Below are positions 9,319-17,755 of a stretch of 64,000 bases of DNA, piece after piece. The stretch is from contig CAZIAK010000020.1 in assembly GCA_964537035.1 (NCBI GenBank), positions 19,297 to 83,296 of the forward strand, in the 5' to 3' direction. Source of the DNA: an uncultured Phycisphaerales bacterium (GTDB lineage Bacteria > Planctomycetota > B15-G4). The position numbers were made by a program, and so were the translations under genes. The notes beneath the pieces were generated by a model, which was not told the DNA's origin, searched no databases, and saw nothing but the letters and a program-made list of their open reading frames with translations. Position 1 is the stretch's first letter, and the number at the start of each line of letters is the position of its first letter.

Positions 9319-11163
9319 TCAAGTGGCGATGTAGAACAGGTCCAGATCGAAGAAGGCCAGGGCCTCGACCAACACGATGAGCAAGATGCTCAGGATCGCC
9401 GCGGCCGCGAAGACGGACGCACCGGCGAGCATGGTGTCGTTGCTTGCATGGTGATCGGCGTCAGCACGTTCGCCGCCACTCTTGCCTCGGGTGTAGAACC
9501 AGGTGGCCACGCCCTTGATCAAGCCGCCCACGAAGATGCCCGCCGAGGTGGGCACGCCTACCAACATGCCGATGCCGATGCCGAAAATGGACGGCATCCA
9601 TTTCGCGGTGGCAGGCCAGACGGTGAGGAACGCGTAGACCGTGCCTACCACGCTGACGATGAGAATGGCCGTGAGCAAGGCGCCGCTGGGTTCGAAGCCG
9701 CCGGTCATGGCTTCGGCCATGGCGGCCCAGACCTGGGCGCCGGGAGCTGGCAGTGACGAGCCTTCACCGATGCCCTGCTGATCCACGAGCATGTTGAGCA
9801 CGGGGATGGATGCCACCGCGCCGATGATGGCGCCGAAGAACTGCACCGACGTCTGGTGCGTGGGGTTGGCGTCGACCAGATGGCCGGTGCGGTAGTCCTG
9901 CATCATGTCCACGGCGGCGGCCGCCAGAGTGCCGCCCACCACGGCCATGCCCAACATGGCGATGGTCCCCGAGGAGATCAGCCAGAAGAAACCGGACAGC
10001 AGCACGATGGCCACCAGGCGCACCGGGTTGATGTCCGTGTCGCCGGTGACCCGCCCGTTGACCACGCACAGGGGCCAGGCGATGGCGATGGTGATCACGG
10101 CCACGTGCCAGGGCAGGTCGAAGACCAGCTGGGCGGTCCAGCCGATGGTCAGGGCGGCCAAGGCACCGATCACACCGTAGACGAAGGCCTTTCCTGCCGG
10201 TGCGGGGTAAGACGTGCGTCCGGGGGTGAACCCTGGGGGCACAGACGCTGGCTGGTGAAACATGTAGGCGAACAAGATCGTGCCGAAGGTCGGCAGGGTC
10301 ATGACGGCGATGGCCAGCCAGCGGTTCCAGTCGCCGGCGTTCTCGGTCACCGTGGTGCCCAGCTCGTTCACATAGGTGAACGCAGCCAGGCCGCCGACGT
10401 AGTCCTCAAGGAAAAACGGCGCCGCCAACGCGCCGATCAACATGCCGATGCCCACCCGAGGGCCGACCACGATGCCGATGCCGTAATAAAGGGGGTCAAC
10501 GCCGAGGCCCACGCCCTTGCCCGCCCAGCGCTCGCCCTCACCGTTGAACATCATCCAGTCGGTGACCCAGGCCGCGCCGTCCTTCACGCCCGTGAGCTTG
10601 ACCGGGATGGTCAAGATCGCCGCCACGGTGCCCCACAGCTTGAGCAGGAACATGGGGCGGTTGCGCTCGCCCGGGGCCAGCTCCTTGCTCACGGCGGTCT
10701 GGATCACCGCGCAGGCCGTGCCCGAGGGGAAGAAGTAGCGCACCATCTGCTTGCGCACGGTCGAGCCGATGATCGCGCCCAGCATGCCCATGGCCGCGAA
10801 GAGCACGATGAGCAGGGTCGTGTCCGGCTTGAAGTCGGGCTGGATGATGCGGACCGCTGCGTAGCTGGCCACGGCGAAGCCCACGCTACCGCCGGCGCTG
10901 ACCATGGTCTGGCCCAGATTCAGGGTGTGCACCGACGGCTTCACCGGGCTGATCACACCCAGGATCAAGACCGAGAGCATGACCGCGATGATCGACCCCG
11001 TATCACCCCAGCCGATGAGCAGGGTGGTGTAGATGTTGGCTGCCGCCAGAACCGCCGCCAGGATGGCGAAGGTCACCCACTCGGCGAGGCGCAGGGGCGG
11101 CATGTGCCCCGAGGGCTCGGCCTCGATCACGGGGACGGGGTCAGCGGGCGAGTCAGCAGCCAT
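9319..11163 (-). CDS. OPT-family oligopeptide transporter (polytopic membrane protein)
   Basis: 614 aa, highly hydrophobic throughout. OPT-like stretches include TTLLIGWGDTGSIIA and DYRTGHLVDANPTHQTSVQFFGAIIG. Confidence 0.9.
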   Translation of the reverse strand: MAADSPADPVPVIEAEPSGHMPPLRLAEWVTFAILAAVLAAANIYTTLLIGWGDTGSIIAVMLSVLILGVISPVKPSVHTLNLGQTMVSAGGSVGFAVASYAAVRIIQPDFKPDTTLLIVLFAAMGMLGAIIGSTVRKQMVRYFFPSGTACAVIQTAVSKELAPGERNRPMFLLKLWGTVAAILTIPVKLTGVKDGAAWVTDWMMFNGEGERWAGKGVGLGVDPLYYGIGIVVGPRVGIGMLIGALAAPFFLEDYVGGLAAFTYVNELGTTVTENAGDWNRWLAIAVMTLPTFGTILFAYMFHQPASVPPGFTPGRTSYPAPAGKAFVYGVIGALAALTIGWTAQLVFDLPWHVAVITIAIAWPLCVVNGRVTGDTDINPVRLVAIVLLSGFFWLISSGTIAMLGMAVVGGTLAAAAVDMMQDYRTGHLVDANPTHQTSVQFFGAIIGAVASIPVLNMLVDQQGIGEGSSLPAPGAQVWAAMAEAMTGGFEPSGALLTAILIVSVVGTVYAFLTVWPATAKWMPSIFGIGIGMLVGVPTSAGIFVGGLIKGVATWFYTRGKSGGERADADHHASNDTMLAGASVFAAAAILSILLIVLVEALAFFDLDLFYIAT

Positions 11164-11331
11164 GGACAGATCCTCGGTGGTCGGGGACCGCCTCTATACC
11201 AATCCTGTGCTTCAGGCACACGCTCGGCGGCTCGACCTTGCCGGTTTGAGCCCGTCCCCCGCAGGCGCAGAAGTGATCATTCGCCCGGTTCTTTCTGGGA
11301 TCTGCGGCCCAACCCTGATACCTACGGGGCC

Positions 11332-12150
11332 ATGGCAACCAACAAAGAGCACAAAGTGGTCAAGGCCTACGAGAACACGGCCTTCATGAACGAGCCCAAG
11401 GCCCGGTCTCTGCGCATCCTCGCAGAGTACCTGGAGCCCAAGACGCGCTTCGAAGAACTCGGCGTGCGAGACACGATCGTGATCTTCGGCTCGGCTCGCA
11501 TCAAATCGAAGGTTGAGGCCGAGGCGGCGCTGAAGGCGGCCCGGGACGAGGGCGGGGATCTGGCCCTGGCCGAGCGCAACATGGCCATGTCCAAGTACTA
11601 CGAGGCCGCTCGCGAGCTGGCTGCTCGGCTGACCACCTGGTCGCTGGGGCTCTCCGGCACTGAGAAGCGCTTCGTGGTCTGCTCAGGCGGTGGCCCGGGC
11701 ATCATGGAGGCATCGAACCGCGGCGCCCACGAGTCCGGCGGCCAGAACATCGGCCTCAACGTGTCCCTGCCCTTCGAGCAGTCAGGGAACCCTTACAGCA
11801 CCCCTGAGCTGACCTTTGAATTCCATTACTTCTTCATGCGCAAGTTCTGGTTCACGTATTTGGCCAAGGCCATGATCGTGATGCCAGGGGGCTTCGGCAC
11901 CCTCGACGAGTTCATGGAGGTCATGACCCTGGTGCAGACGCTCAAGATCAAGAAACACCTGCCGGTGGTGCTTTTCGGCACCGAATTCTGGTCAAAGGTG
12001 CTGAACCTCGAGGCCCTGATCGAAGCGGGCACGATCAACGCCACCGATCTCGACCTGTTCTTCCGCACCGACTCCGTGGACGACGCCTTCGACTTCCTGG
12101 TCCAGCAGCTCACCGAGCACGGCCTGACCGACGACGGGCTCACCCTCTGA
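11332..12150 (+). CDS. LOG-family (TIGR00730-type) Rossmann-fold nucleotide/cytokinin riboside-5'-phosphate phosphoribohydrolase-like protein
   Basis: The real gene starts at the internal ATG 11332 (MATNKEHK...) of the 764-aa shadow-extended ORF. Motifs are VIFGSARI, VVCSGGGPGIMEA and MPGGFGTLDEFMEVMTLVQT. Confidence 0.9.
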   Translation: MATNKEHKVVKAYENTAFMNEPKARSLRILAEYLEPKTRFEELGVRDTIVIFGSARIKSKVEAEAALKAARDEGGDLALAERNMAMSKYYEAARELAARLTTWSLGLSGTEKRFVVCSGGGPGIMEASNRGAHESGGQNIGLNVSLPFEQSGNPYSTPELTFEFHYFFMRKFWFTYLAKAMIVMPGGFGTLDEFMEVMTLVQTLKIKKHLPVVLFGTEFWSKVLNLEALIEAGTINATDLDLFFRTDSVDDAFDFLVQQLTEHGLTDDGLTL

Positions 12151-12278
12151 GCACCCTCTCTCAGGGCCTGAGGGGGCTCTGAGAGGCTCCTCCAGCCCTG
12201 AGGCCCCGCTGGCCCCCGGGGGCTGATATGCTACCGCACAGTTCTTGCCAAGGCCCTGAAGCTCCCCCGAGTGCTCCC

Positions 12279-13052
12279 ATGGTTTCATCGATGTTGCGTC
12301 GGCTTTGCGCCGGCATGCTCTGCCTTGCTGCGCTGGTCTCGACCAGCGGCACCGTCGCAGCCCACCAGACGATCATGACCCCCAATGGCTCGGACGTGCT
12401 CATCGTCGGCGAGCAGGCCACCATGTCCTGGGTCATCGTGCTGCAGCACGACACCATCAACTGGGACATGCACTACTCGATCGACGGCGGCGACTCCTGG
12501 ATCCTGCTGGCCAAGGACGTGCCCGCTATCGGCGACCTCTCCCCGGGCTCCATGCACAGCTACGACTTCCTGGTCACCCCGGCCATGGTCTCGAACACGG
12601 TCCGCTTCAAGCTGAAGATGGACAACCTGTTCTCGCCCGACATGGTCGACGTGAGTGACGACGACACCATCGTCACCACCGGCCCCTGGGCCGACATCGG
12701 CACCGCCCTCCCCGGCGCACAGGGCACGGCCCAACTCGGCGGCAGCGGAGATCTGACCCCCGGTTCTGCGGGCGTGCTCACCCTCGACGGCGCTCCGGCC
12801 GGCGTTCCGGTGACCCTGTTCTTCTCGGGCACCACCATGTTCGAGCCTCTCCTTGGCGGCACCATGGTCCCCGGCTGGACGCTCTACTCCGTGCAGACGG
12901 GCACGGACAGCGGCGGCTCCCTGGCCTTGCCCTTCCGTTGGCCTCTCGACGCGGTGCAGGGCGACAAGCTGATCGTGCAGGCCTGGTGGCCCGACCAGGG
13001 TGGTGCTGAAGGCGCCGCTGCCTCCAACGCCATGGTGCTGGCCACGCCCTAG
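12279..13052 (+). CDS. secreted hypothetical protein: Ig-like domain with an Asp-box plus the shared C-terminal beta-module
   Basis: Signal peptide MVSSMLRRLCAGMLCLAALVSTSGTVAA. Asp-box-like YSIDGGDSW. The C-terminus TLFFSGTT...LLGGTMVPG...GSLALPFRWP...LIVQAWWPD...ASNAMVL resembles the modules at 1429-1890 and 47116-47460. Confidence 0.65.
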   Translation: MVSSMLRRLCAGMLCLAALVSTSGTVAAHQTIMTPNGSDVLIVGEQATMSWVIVLQHDTINWDMHYSIDGGDSWILLAKDVPAIGDLSPGSMHSYDFLVTPAMVSNTVRFKLKMDNLFSPDMVDVSDDDTIVTTGPWADIGTALPGAQGTAQLGGSGDLTPGSAGVLTLDGAPAGVPVTLFFSGTTMFEPLLGGTMVPGWTLYSVQTGTDSGGSLALPFRWPLDAVQGDKLIVQAWWPDQGGAEGAAASNAMVLATP

Positions 13053-13073
13053 CAGGCCGCGACCTGCCTGGGC

Positions 13074-14474
13074 TCAGTTGCCGGGCAGGGCGCTACGCCC
13101 CCCGGCGATCAACTCGAACGTCCGCACGCCCACGGGCCGGGTGTCACCGATCTCGTAGGTGGTGACCTGCTCCAAACGCAAGAGCCCTTCGAGGGGGAGT
13201 TCGGGCGAGACGATCGTCTCCAGCTCCACCGTGAACGGGATCTTGTTCGTGCGCGCCGTGAAGCTCCCGCGCAGGCTCGCGTTCACGCGATAGACACGGA
13301 GTTCTCCGCCGTCGTCCGACTCCCAGACGCCTGAAGCAATGTGGGATGCGTCCAGCTGCAGGCCTCCGTCGAGAGGCTGGCCGTCGTCGCGCAAGGCAGT
13401 CCAGCGCTCGATGACCGACAGGTCGGCGGCCCGCAACTCCTGGGTCTGCAGGCGTTGATCGCCCAGCGTGCTGGAGCACTGCAAGACGATGCCAGAGGCA
13501 TCCGTGCGGGCGACCATGCGCAACATGTCCATGGTCCCGCTGCCTTCGCCGCCGCCGACCTGGTAGCGAGCCCAGTCTCCGAACTGGCTGCTGGCCAACT
13601 GATCCGTGAGCACATCCATGGAGCAAGGCTTGCCATCGGGGACGAATCGCCCTGATTTGGGGACGCGCTCAACGGCGACATCGACCAGGCCATCAGCCAC
13701 GTCGATCCAGCGGGGGTCAAGGGGCTTGTAGCGATAGGTCAAGAATCCCGCGCCCTCAAGCTGGGACACGGTGTAGACCGTCTCCTTCACCTTGGGAAAG
13801 GCCGCCTCGATCACGCGGACTCTCGTGTGGCCCTCATCGGCGAACTCCTTGAAGACCATGGCGTGGGCGTCGAACTTGTTGATCAGATCGCCGGCGAGCA
13901 GCGAAGCGTAGTCGGGCAGCTCGTAGCACAGCCGGGCCAACGAGCGAGTGGACTGCTTGACCGGCAGCTGCCAGCAGCGGGCCACGAAGCCTGAGCAATC
14001 CACCCCCACGGCGACGGCCGAGGCGTCCAGGTTCACGCCGTCGGTGAGCTGGCCTGCAGGCGAGCCAGCCGCCACCGCCCGGTCGAACTGAGCGAGGGTG
14101 CTGAAGCCGCCCCACTTGTAGGGCACGCCCACGTTCAGTCGCCCGTCGCCGTGCCAGCCGTCGTCACGATGACCGTCGTCAGGTGTGTCCACGTGGATGC
14201 CGTCGCCGTCAGGGCCATGCAGTCGGTTGGCATCACTGGCCCACCACTCGTGCTGCGCGTACGACTCGGCGATGGCCAAGATCTCCTCGCGGACGGTGGC
14301 CTCGCCTTCGTCTGGCCGCTGGACGGGCACACCCCCGGCGGGCAGGGCCGCAACCTCGAGTCGCTCGGAGGCCTGAGGCCTCGACAGATCTTGGCCGGCG
14401 AGCACAGGGGCCAGGGCGAGCTGAATCGCCAACGCGAGGCCAGGGCCAGCCAACAACCAACGGCGTGGGAGCAT
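13074..14474 (-). CDS. secreted NlpC/P60 (C40)-like cysteine peptidase-domain protein with a C-terminal extension
   Basis: 466 aa with a signal peptide (LAGPGLALAIQLALAPVLAG). Motifs are VPYKWGGFS and GVDCSGFVARCW (catalytic Cys context), with a downstream His (FDAHAMVF). Confidence 0.7.
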   Translation of the reverse strand: MLPRRWLLAGPGLALAIQLALAPVLAGQDLSRPQASERLEVAALPAGGVPVQRPDEGEATVREEILAIAESYAQHEWWASDANRLHGPDGDGIHVDTPDDGHRDDGWHGDGRLNVGVPYKWGGFSTLAQFDRAVAAGSPAGQLTDGVNLDASAVAVGVDCSGFVARCWQLPVKQSTRSLARLCYELPDYASLLAGDLINKFDAHAMVFKEFADEGHTRVRVIEAAFPKVKETVYTVSQLEGAGFLTYRYKPLDPRWIDVADGLVDVAVERVPKSGRFVPDGKPCSMDVLTDQLASSQFGDWARYQVGGGEGSGTMDMLRMVARTDASGIVLQCSSTLGDQRLQTQELRAADLSVIERWTALRDDGQPLDGGLQLDASHIASGVWESDDGGELRVYRVNASLRGSFTARTNKIPFTVELETIVSPELPLEGLLRLEQVTTYEIGDTRPVGVRTFELIAGGRSALPGN

Positions 14475-14648
14475 GGAAGGTCTTCTCAGTGGTCGCGGGA
14501 TGAAACCCCTCGCACGGCGGGCAGCTGAAAGCCACGCGAGAGCGGCGGGTCGGCGGCATCAAGGGAGCTGTCATCCTGCCAGTTCTGTAGCTTCGCGGCG
14601 CCCACAGGCCTTTCCCGTCACGAGAACGCTCCCCTCTGAGAGAATCAG

Positions 14649-14664
14649 TTGACCACTGAGTCAA
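14649..14664 (+). promoter_or_regulatory. perfect inverted repeat TTGAC-N6-GTCAA upstream of had; candidate operator overlapping a -35-like TTGACC
   Basis: ttgaccactgagtcaa sits about 60-75 bp upstream of the had ATG (14725), in a locally AT-richer stretch. GATAGT lies 17 nt downstream as a possible -10, and TATATT is at 14701-14706. Confidence 0.3.
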
Positions 14665-14724
14665 TAGAGTGGATAGTCATGTGAGTTCCTGACGAGGCAC
14701 TATATTTCCTTAGAGAGACGCGCC

Positions 14725-15798
14725 ATGCAGGTCGCTGGATGGATGGTCAACCAAGCCGCCGAACCCATGGTCGAAACGTCCCGGGAGGCCACCCCTGGAC
14801 CTGACGAGGTGCTCGTCGAGGTGGCGGGCTGCGGCGTGTGCCACACAGACCTGGGCTTCTTCTATGAGGGAGTCCCCACCCGACACGCCTTCCCACTGAC
14901 CCTCGGTCACGAGATCTCTGGCTCCGTCGTGGCTGCGGGGGCAGGGGCGACGAGCTGGGTCGGCCAGCAGGTCGTGGTGCCAGCGGTGATCCCCTGCGGC
15001 CACTGCCCGGCCTGCGACGACGGCATGGGCTCGATCTGCAAGGCCCAGATCTTCCCGGGCAACGACGTGCACGGCGGCTTCGCCACCCACGTGGTGGTGC
15101 CAGCCGAGGGGCTCTGCCCCGTGCCCGACCTGTCCGACCCGAGCATCAACAAGGCCGACCTGTCCCTGGCAGACCTCTCGGTCATCGCGGACGCGGTCTC
15201 CACCCCCTACCAGGCGATCCTGCGCAGCGGACTGGGCAGCGGCGATGTGGCCGTGTTCGTGGGCGCGGGAGGCGTGGGAGGATTCGGCGTGCAGCTGGCC
15301 GCCGCCCTCGGTGCCCACGTGGTGGCCATCGATGCGGACAGCGATCGCCTTGAGCGGCTGCGAGACCATGGCGCCGGGCTCACCCTCGACGTCACCGAGT
15401 TCGACTTCAAGTCGATCAAGAAAGCCGTACGGGGCTTCGCCGCTGAACACGCCGTCCCCAGCTGGCGGGTGCGCATCTTCGAGACGTCAGGAACCCCCGC
15501 CGGACAACAGACCGCCTTCGGCTTGCTAGGGCACGGGGGCTACCTCTCGGTGGTCGGCTTCACGCCCAAGAAGGTCGAGCTGCGCCTCTCCAACCTCATG
15601 GCCTTCGACGCCAAGGCAGAAGGCAACTGGGGCTGCCTGCCCGAACACTACCCGGCCATCGTCGACCTCTGCCTCTCGGGCAAGGTCCGGCTGGCACCGT
15701 TTGTCGAGCACCGACCGCTCTCGTCCATCAACGAAACCTTTGCCGAGCTGCACGACACCAGCCTTCCCCGGCGCGTCGTGCTCATCCCGGAGTCCTGA
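14725..15798 (+). CDS. had: 6-hydroxycyclohex-1-ene-1-carbonyl-CoA dehydrogenase (Zn-dependent MDR alcohol dehydrogenase family)
   Basis: 357 aa with Zn-ADH motifs GCGVCHTDLG and GHEISGSV and a Rossmann motif VFVGAGGVGGFG. The functional call rests on adjacency to oah, dch and bcrCBAD. Confidence 0.8.
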   Translation: MQVAGWMVNQAAEPMVETSREATPGPDEVLVEVAGCGVCHTDLGFFYEGVPTRHAFPLTLGHEISGSVVAAGAGATSWVGQQVVVPAVIPCGHCPACDDGMGSICKAQIFPGNDVHGGFATHVVVPAEGLCPVPDLSDPSINKADLSLADLSVIADAVSTPYQAILRSGLGSGDVAVFVGAGGVGGFGVQLAAALGAHVVAIDADSDRLERLRDHGAGLTLDVTEFDFKSIKKAVRGFAAEHAVPSWRVRIFETSGTPAGQQTAFGLLGHGGYLSVVGFTPKKVELRLSNLMAFDAKAEGNWGCLPEHYPAIVDLCLSGKVRLAPFVEHRPLSSINETFAELHDTSLPRRVVLIPES

Positions 15799-15800
15799 TC

Positions 15801-16922
15801 ATGGCTGACCACACCGAGTTCAAGAACCACGACCTCGACCCCAACCTGTCGTTCGAGGGCGTGCTCTACGATGAGCAACCCCTGCGCGATCCGTCTGGCA
15901 ACGAGGTGGACGGCCTGCACGTGGTGCGCATCACGCTCGACAACCCCAAGCAGTACAACTCGTACACCACCACCATGGTGAAGGGCGTGATCTTCGGCAT
16001 GCGCCGGGCCAGCAACGACCGCGGCTGCGTGGCGGTGATCTTCACCGGCTCGGGCAGCAAGGCCTTCTGCACCGGCGGCAACACCGCCGAGTACGCCGAG
16101 TACTACGCCGGGCGGCCCGAGGAGTACCGGCAGTACATGCGCCTGTTCAACGACATGGTCACGGCCATCCTGCACTGTGACAAGCCGGTGATCTGCCGGG
16201 TCAACGGCATGCGCATCGCGGGTGGGCAAGAGATCGGCATGGCCTGCGACTTCACCGTGGCCAGCGACCTCGCGATTTTTGGTCAGGCGGGACCGCGCCA
16301 CGGCTCGGCACCCGACGGCGGCAGCACCGACTTCCTGCCCCTCTTCGTGGGCATCGAGGCGGCCATGGAGAGCTGCACCCTCTGCGAAAACTGGACCGCC
16401 CACAAGGCCAAGCGCCTGGGCCTGATCAGCGCCATCGCGCCGGCGCTGAAGATCGACGGCCAGTTCGTCCCCAACCCCTTGGTCGTCACCGACCAGATGC
16501 TCGATGAGTGCGGCAACCTAGTGCATGGCGAGAGTCGCACGGGTGACGAACTCGCTGCCGCAAAGGCCCTGCTCAAGTCGGGCGAGGTCGATCTCTCGCT
16601 GCTCGACGAAGCGGTCGACGAGCTGATCTGGAAGCTGGCCAATACCATGCCCGGCTGTCTGTCCAAGACCCTGGAGAGCGTGCGCAAGCACAAGCTGGCT
16701 CAGTGGGATCGCAATCGTGAGACCAACCGGGCCTGGCTCGGCCTGAACATGATGACCGAGGGCCGCACGGGCTTCCGAGCCTTCCACGAAGGGAACCGCG
16801 CCTGTCGCGAGGCGGACTTCCTGCTGCTGCGCCAGCGCCTGGCCGAGGGTGCGGTCTGGGGCGAAGCGCTGGTGGACGACGTGCTGGCCCGGGCCCACGG
16901 CAAGGAGCCCCAGCCCGCCTGA
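15801..16922 (+). CDS. oah: 6-oxocyclohex-1-ene-1-carbonyl-CoA hydrolase (ring-cleaving crotonase; Oah/BamA type)
   Basis: 373 aa, which is oversized for a crotonase, as Oah/BamA is. It has the crotonase core VIFTGSGSKAFCTGGN...RVNGMRIAGGQEIGMACDF and starts 3 bp after the had stop. Confidence 0.85.
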   Translation: MADHTEFKNHDLDPNLSFEGVLYDEQPLRDPSGNEVDGLHVVRITLDNPKQYNSYTTTMVKGVIFGMRRASNDRGCVAVIFTGSGSKAFCTGGNTAEYAEYYAGRPEEYRQYMRLFNDMVTAILHCDKPVICRVNGMRIAGGQEIGMACDFTVASDLAIFGQAGPRHGSAPDGGSTDFLPLFVGIEAAMESCTLCENWTAHKAKRLGLISAIAPALKIDGQFVPNPLVVTDQMLDECGNLVHGESRTGDELAAAKALLKSGEVDLSLLDEAVDELIWKLANTMPGCLSKTLESVRKHKLAQWDRNRETNRAWLGLNMMTEGRTGFRAFHEGNRACREADFLLLRQRLAEGAVWGEALVDDVLARAHGKEPQPA

Positions 16923-16969
16923 ACTCTCGCCCTTCCGAAATCTCGCCCTCCTGACCTCCCGAGACGACC

Positions 16970-17755
16970 ATGACCAGCGAGACCGCCAGCCCCAGCTCAG
17001 TGCGCCATGAAGTCCTTCACGATGGAGCGGTGTGGCGCATCGTCCTCGATTCGCCGCCAGCCAACATCCTCGATGGCGAGAAGATCACGGCGCTCAACGC
17101 GTTGTTCGAGCGGGCAGCCACCGAGGGCAAGCTGAAGGCGGTTCTGATCGCGGCGGAAGGCAAGCACTTCTGCTTCGGTGCCAGCGTCGAAGAGCACCTG
17201 CCTGGCAGCTGCGCGGACATGCTCGCGGGGCTGCACAAGCTCTTCGAGGTCATGCTCCAGGCCGCCGTCCCCACGGTGGTCGCGGTGCGCGGCCAATGCC
17301 TGGGAGCGGGCCTGGAGCTGGCGGCCTTCTGCCACCGGGTGGTGGCCTCCCCCACGGCGAAGTTCGGCCAGCCCGAGATCGTCCTGGGGGTCTTCGCGCC
17401 AGTGGCCTCGGTGGTGCTCCCCGGTCGGGTCGGTCGCGGACTCGCCGAGGACATGCTGCTCAGCGGTCGCAGCCTGGACGCCGAGAGCGCGCGGGCCGCG
17501 GGGCTGGCAGACGAGCTCGCCGACGACCCGGGCGCCGCAGCCCTGGCCTACATCGAGGAGCATCTGCTGCCCAAGTCTGCCAGCAGCCTGCGCCTCGCCT
17601 CCCGAGCCGCGCGACTCGACTTTCAACGTCGCTTCGTCGCTGACATCCGCGAGCTTGAGCGCCTCTACCTCGACCAGCTCATGGCCACCAGCGATGCCAA
17701 CGAGGGGCTGAACGCCTTCATCGAAAAACGTCCACCCGTCTGGAGCGACTCATGA
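16970..17755 (+). CDS. dch: cyclohexa-1,5-diene-1-carbonyl-CoA hydratase (enoyl-CoA hydratase/crotonase family)
   Basis: 261 aa with the crotonase pattern KHFCFGASVEEH...VRGQCLGAGLELAAFCH. Its stop overlaps the bcrC start (ATGA at 17752-17755). Confidence 0.8.
   Translation: MTSETASPSSVRHEVLHDGAVWRIVLDSPPANILDGEKITALNALFERAATEGKLKAVLIAAEGKHFCFGASVEEHLPGSCADMLAGLHKLFEVMLQAAVPTVVAVRGQCLGAGLELAAFCHRVVASPTAKFGQPEIVLGVFAPVASVVLPGRVGRGLAEDMLLSGRSLDAESARAAGLADELADDPGAAALAYIEEHLLPKSASSLRLASRAARLDFQRRFVADIRELERLYLDQLMATSDANEGLNAFIEKRPPVWSDS

Noticed and set aside
12151-12278. Repeated CTGAG-containing words (cctgaggg, ctctgagagg, ccctgaggcc) and an imperfect GGGCCTGAGGG/CCCTGAGGCCC inverted repeat after the LOG-family gene.
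   Set aside because: The stem has a central mismatch and a long loop, with no U-tract. It is too weak to call a terminator or a repeat element with confidence.
12360-12380. The mature N-terminus of the 12279-13052 product would begin with His (signal cleavage after VAA|HQ). That is reminiscent of histidine-brace copper proteins (LPMO, CopC, YcnI).
   Set aside because: The following sequence (TPNGSDVLIVGEQATMSW...YSIDGGDSW...) fits a common Ig-like/Asp-box surface domain instead. No second conserved His/Tyr/Phe typical of a histidine brace is evident, and the cleavage site itself is only predicted by eye.
14649-14664. Interpreting TTGACcactgaGTCAA as a canonical Fnr/AadR box for anaerobic control of the bcr operon.
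   Set aside because: The Fnr consensus is TTGAT-N4-ATCAA (TTGA-N6-TCAA). Here the arms are 2 bp further apart (TTGA-N8-TCAA). I keep it only as an unassigned palindrome, not as an Fnr site.
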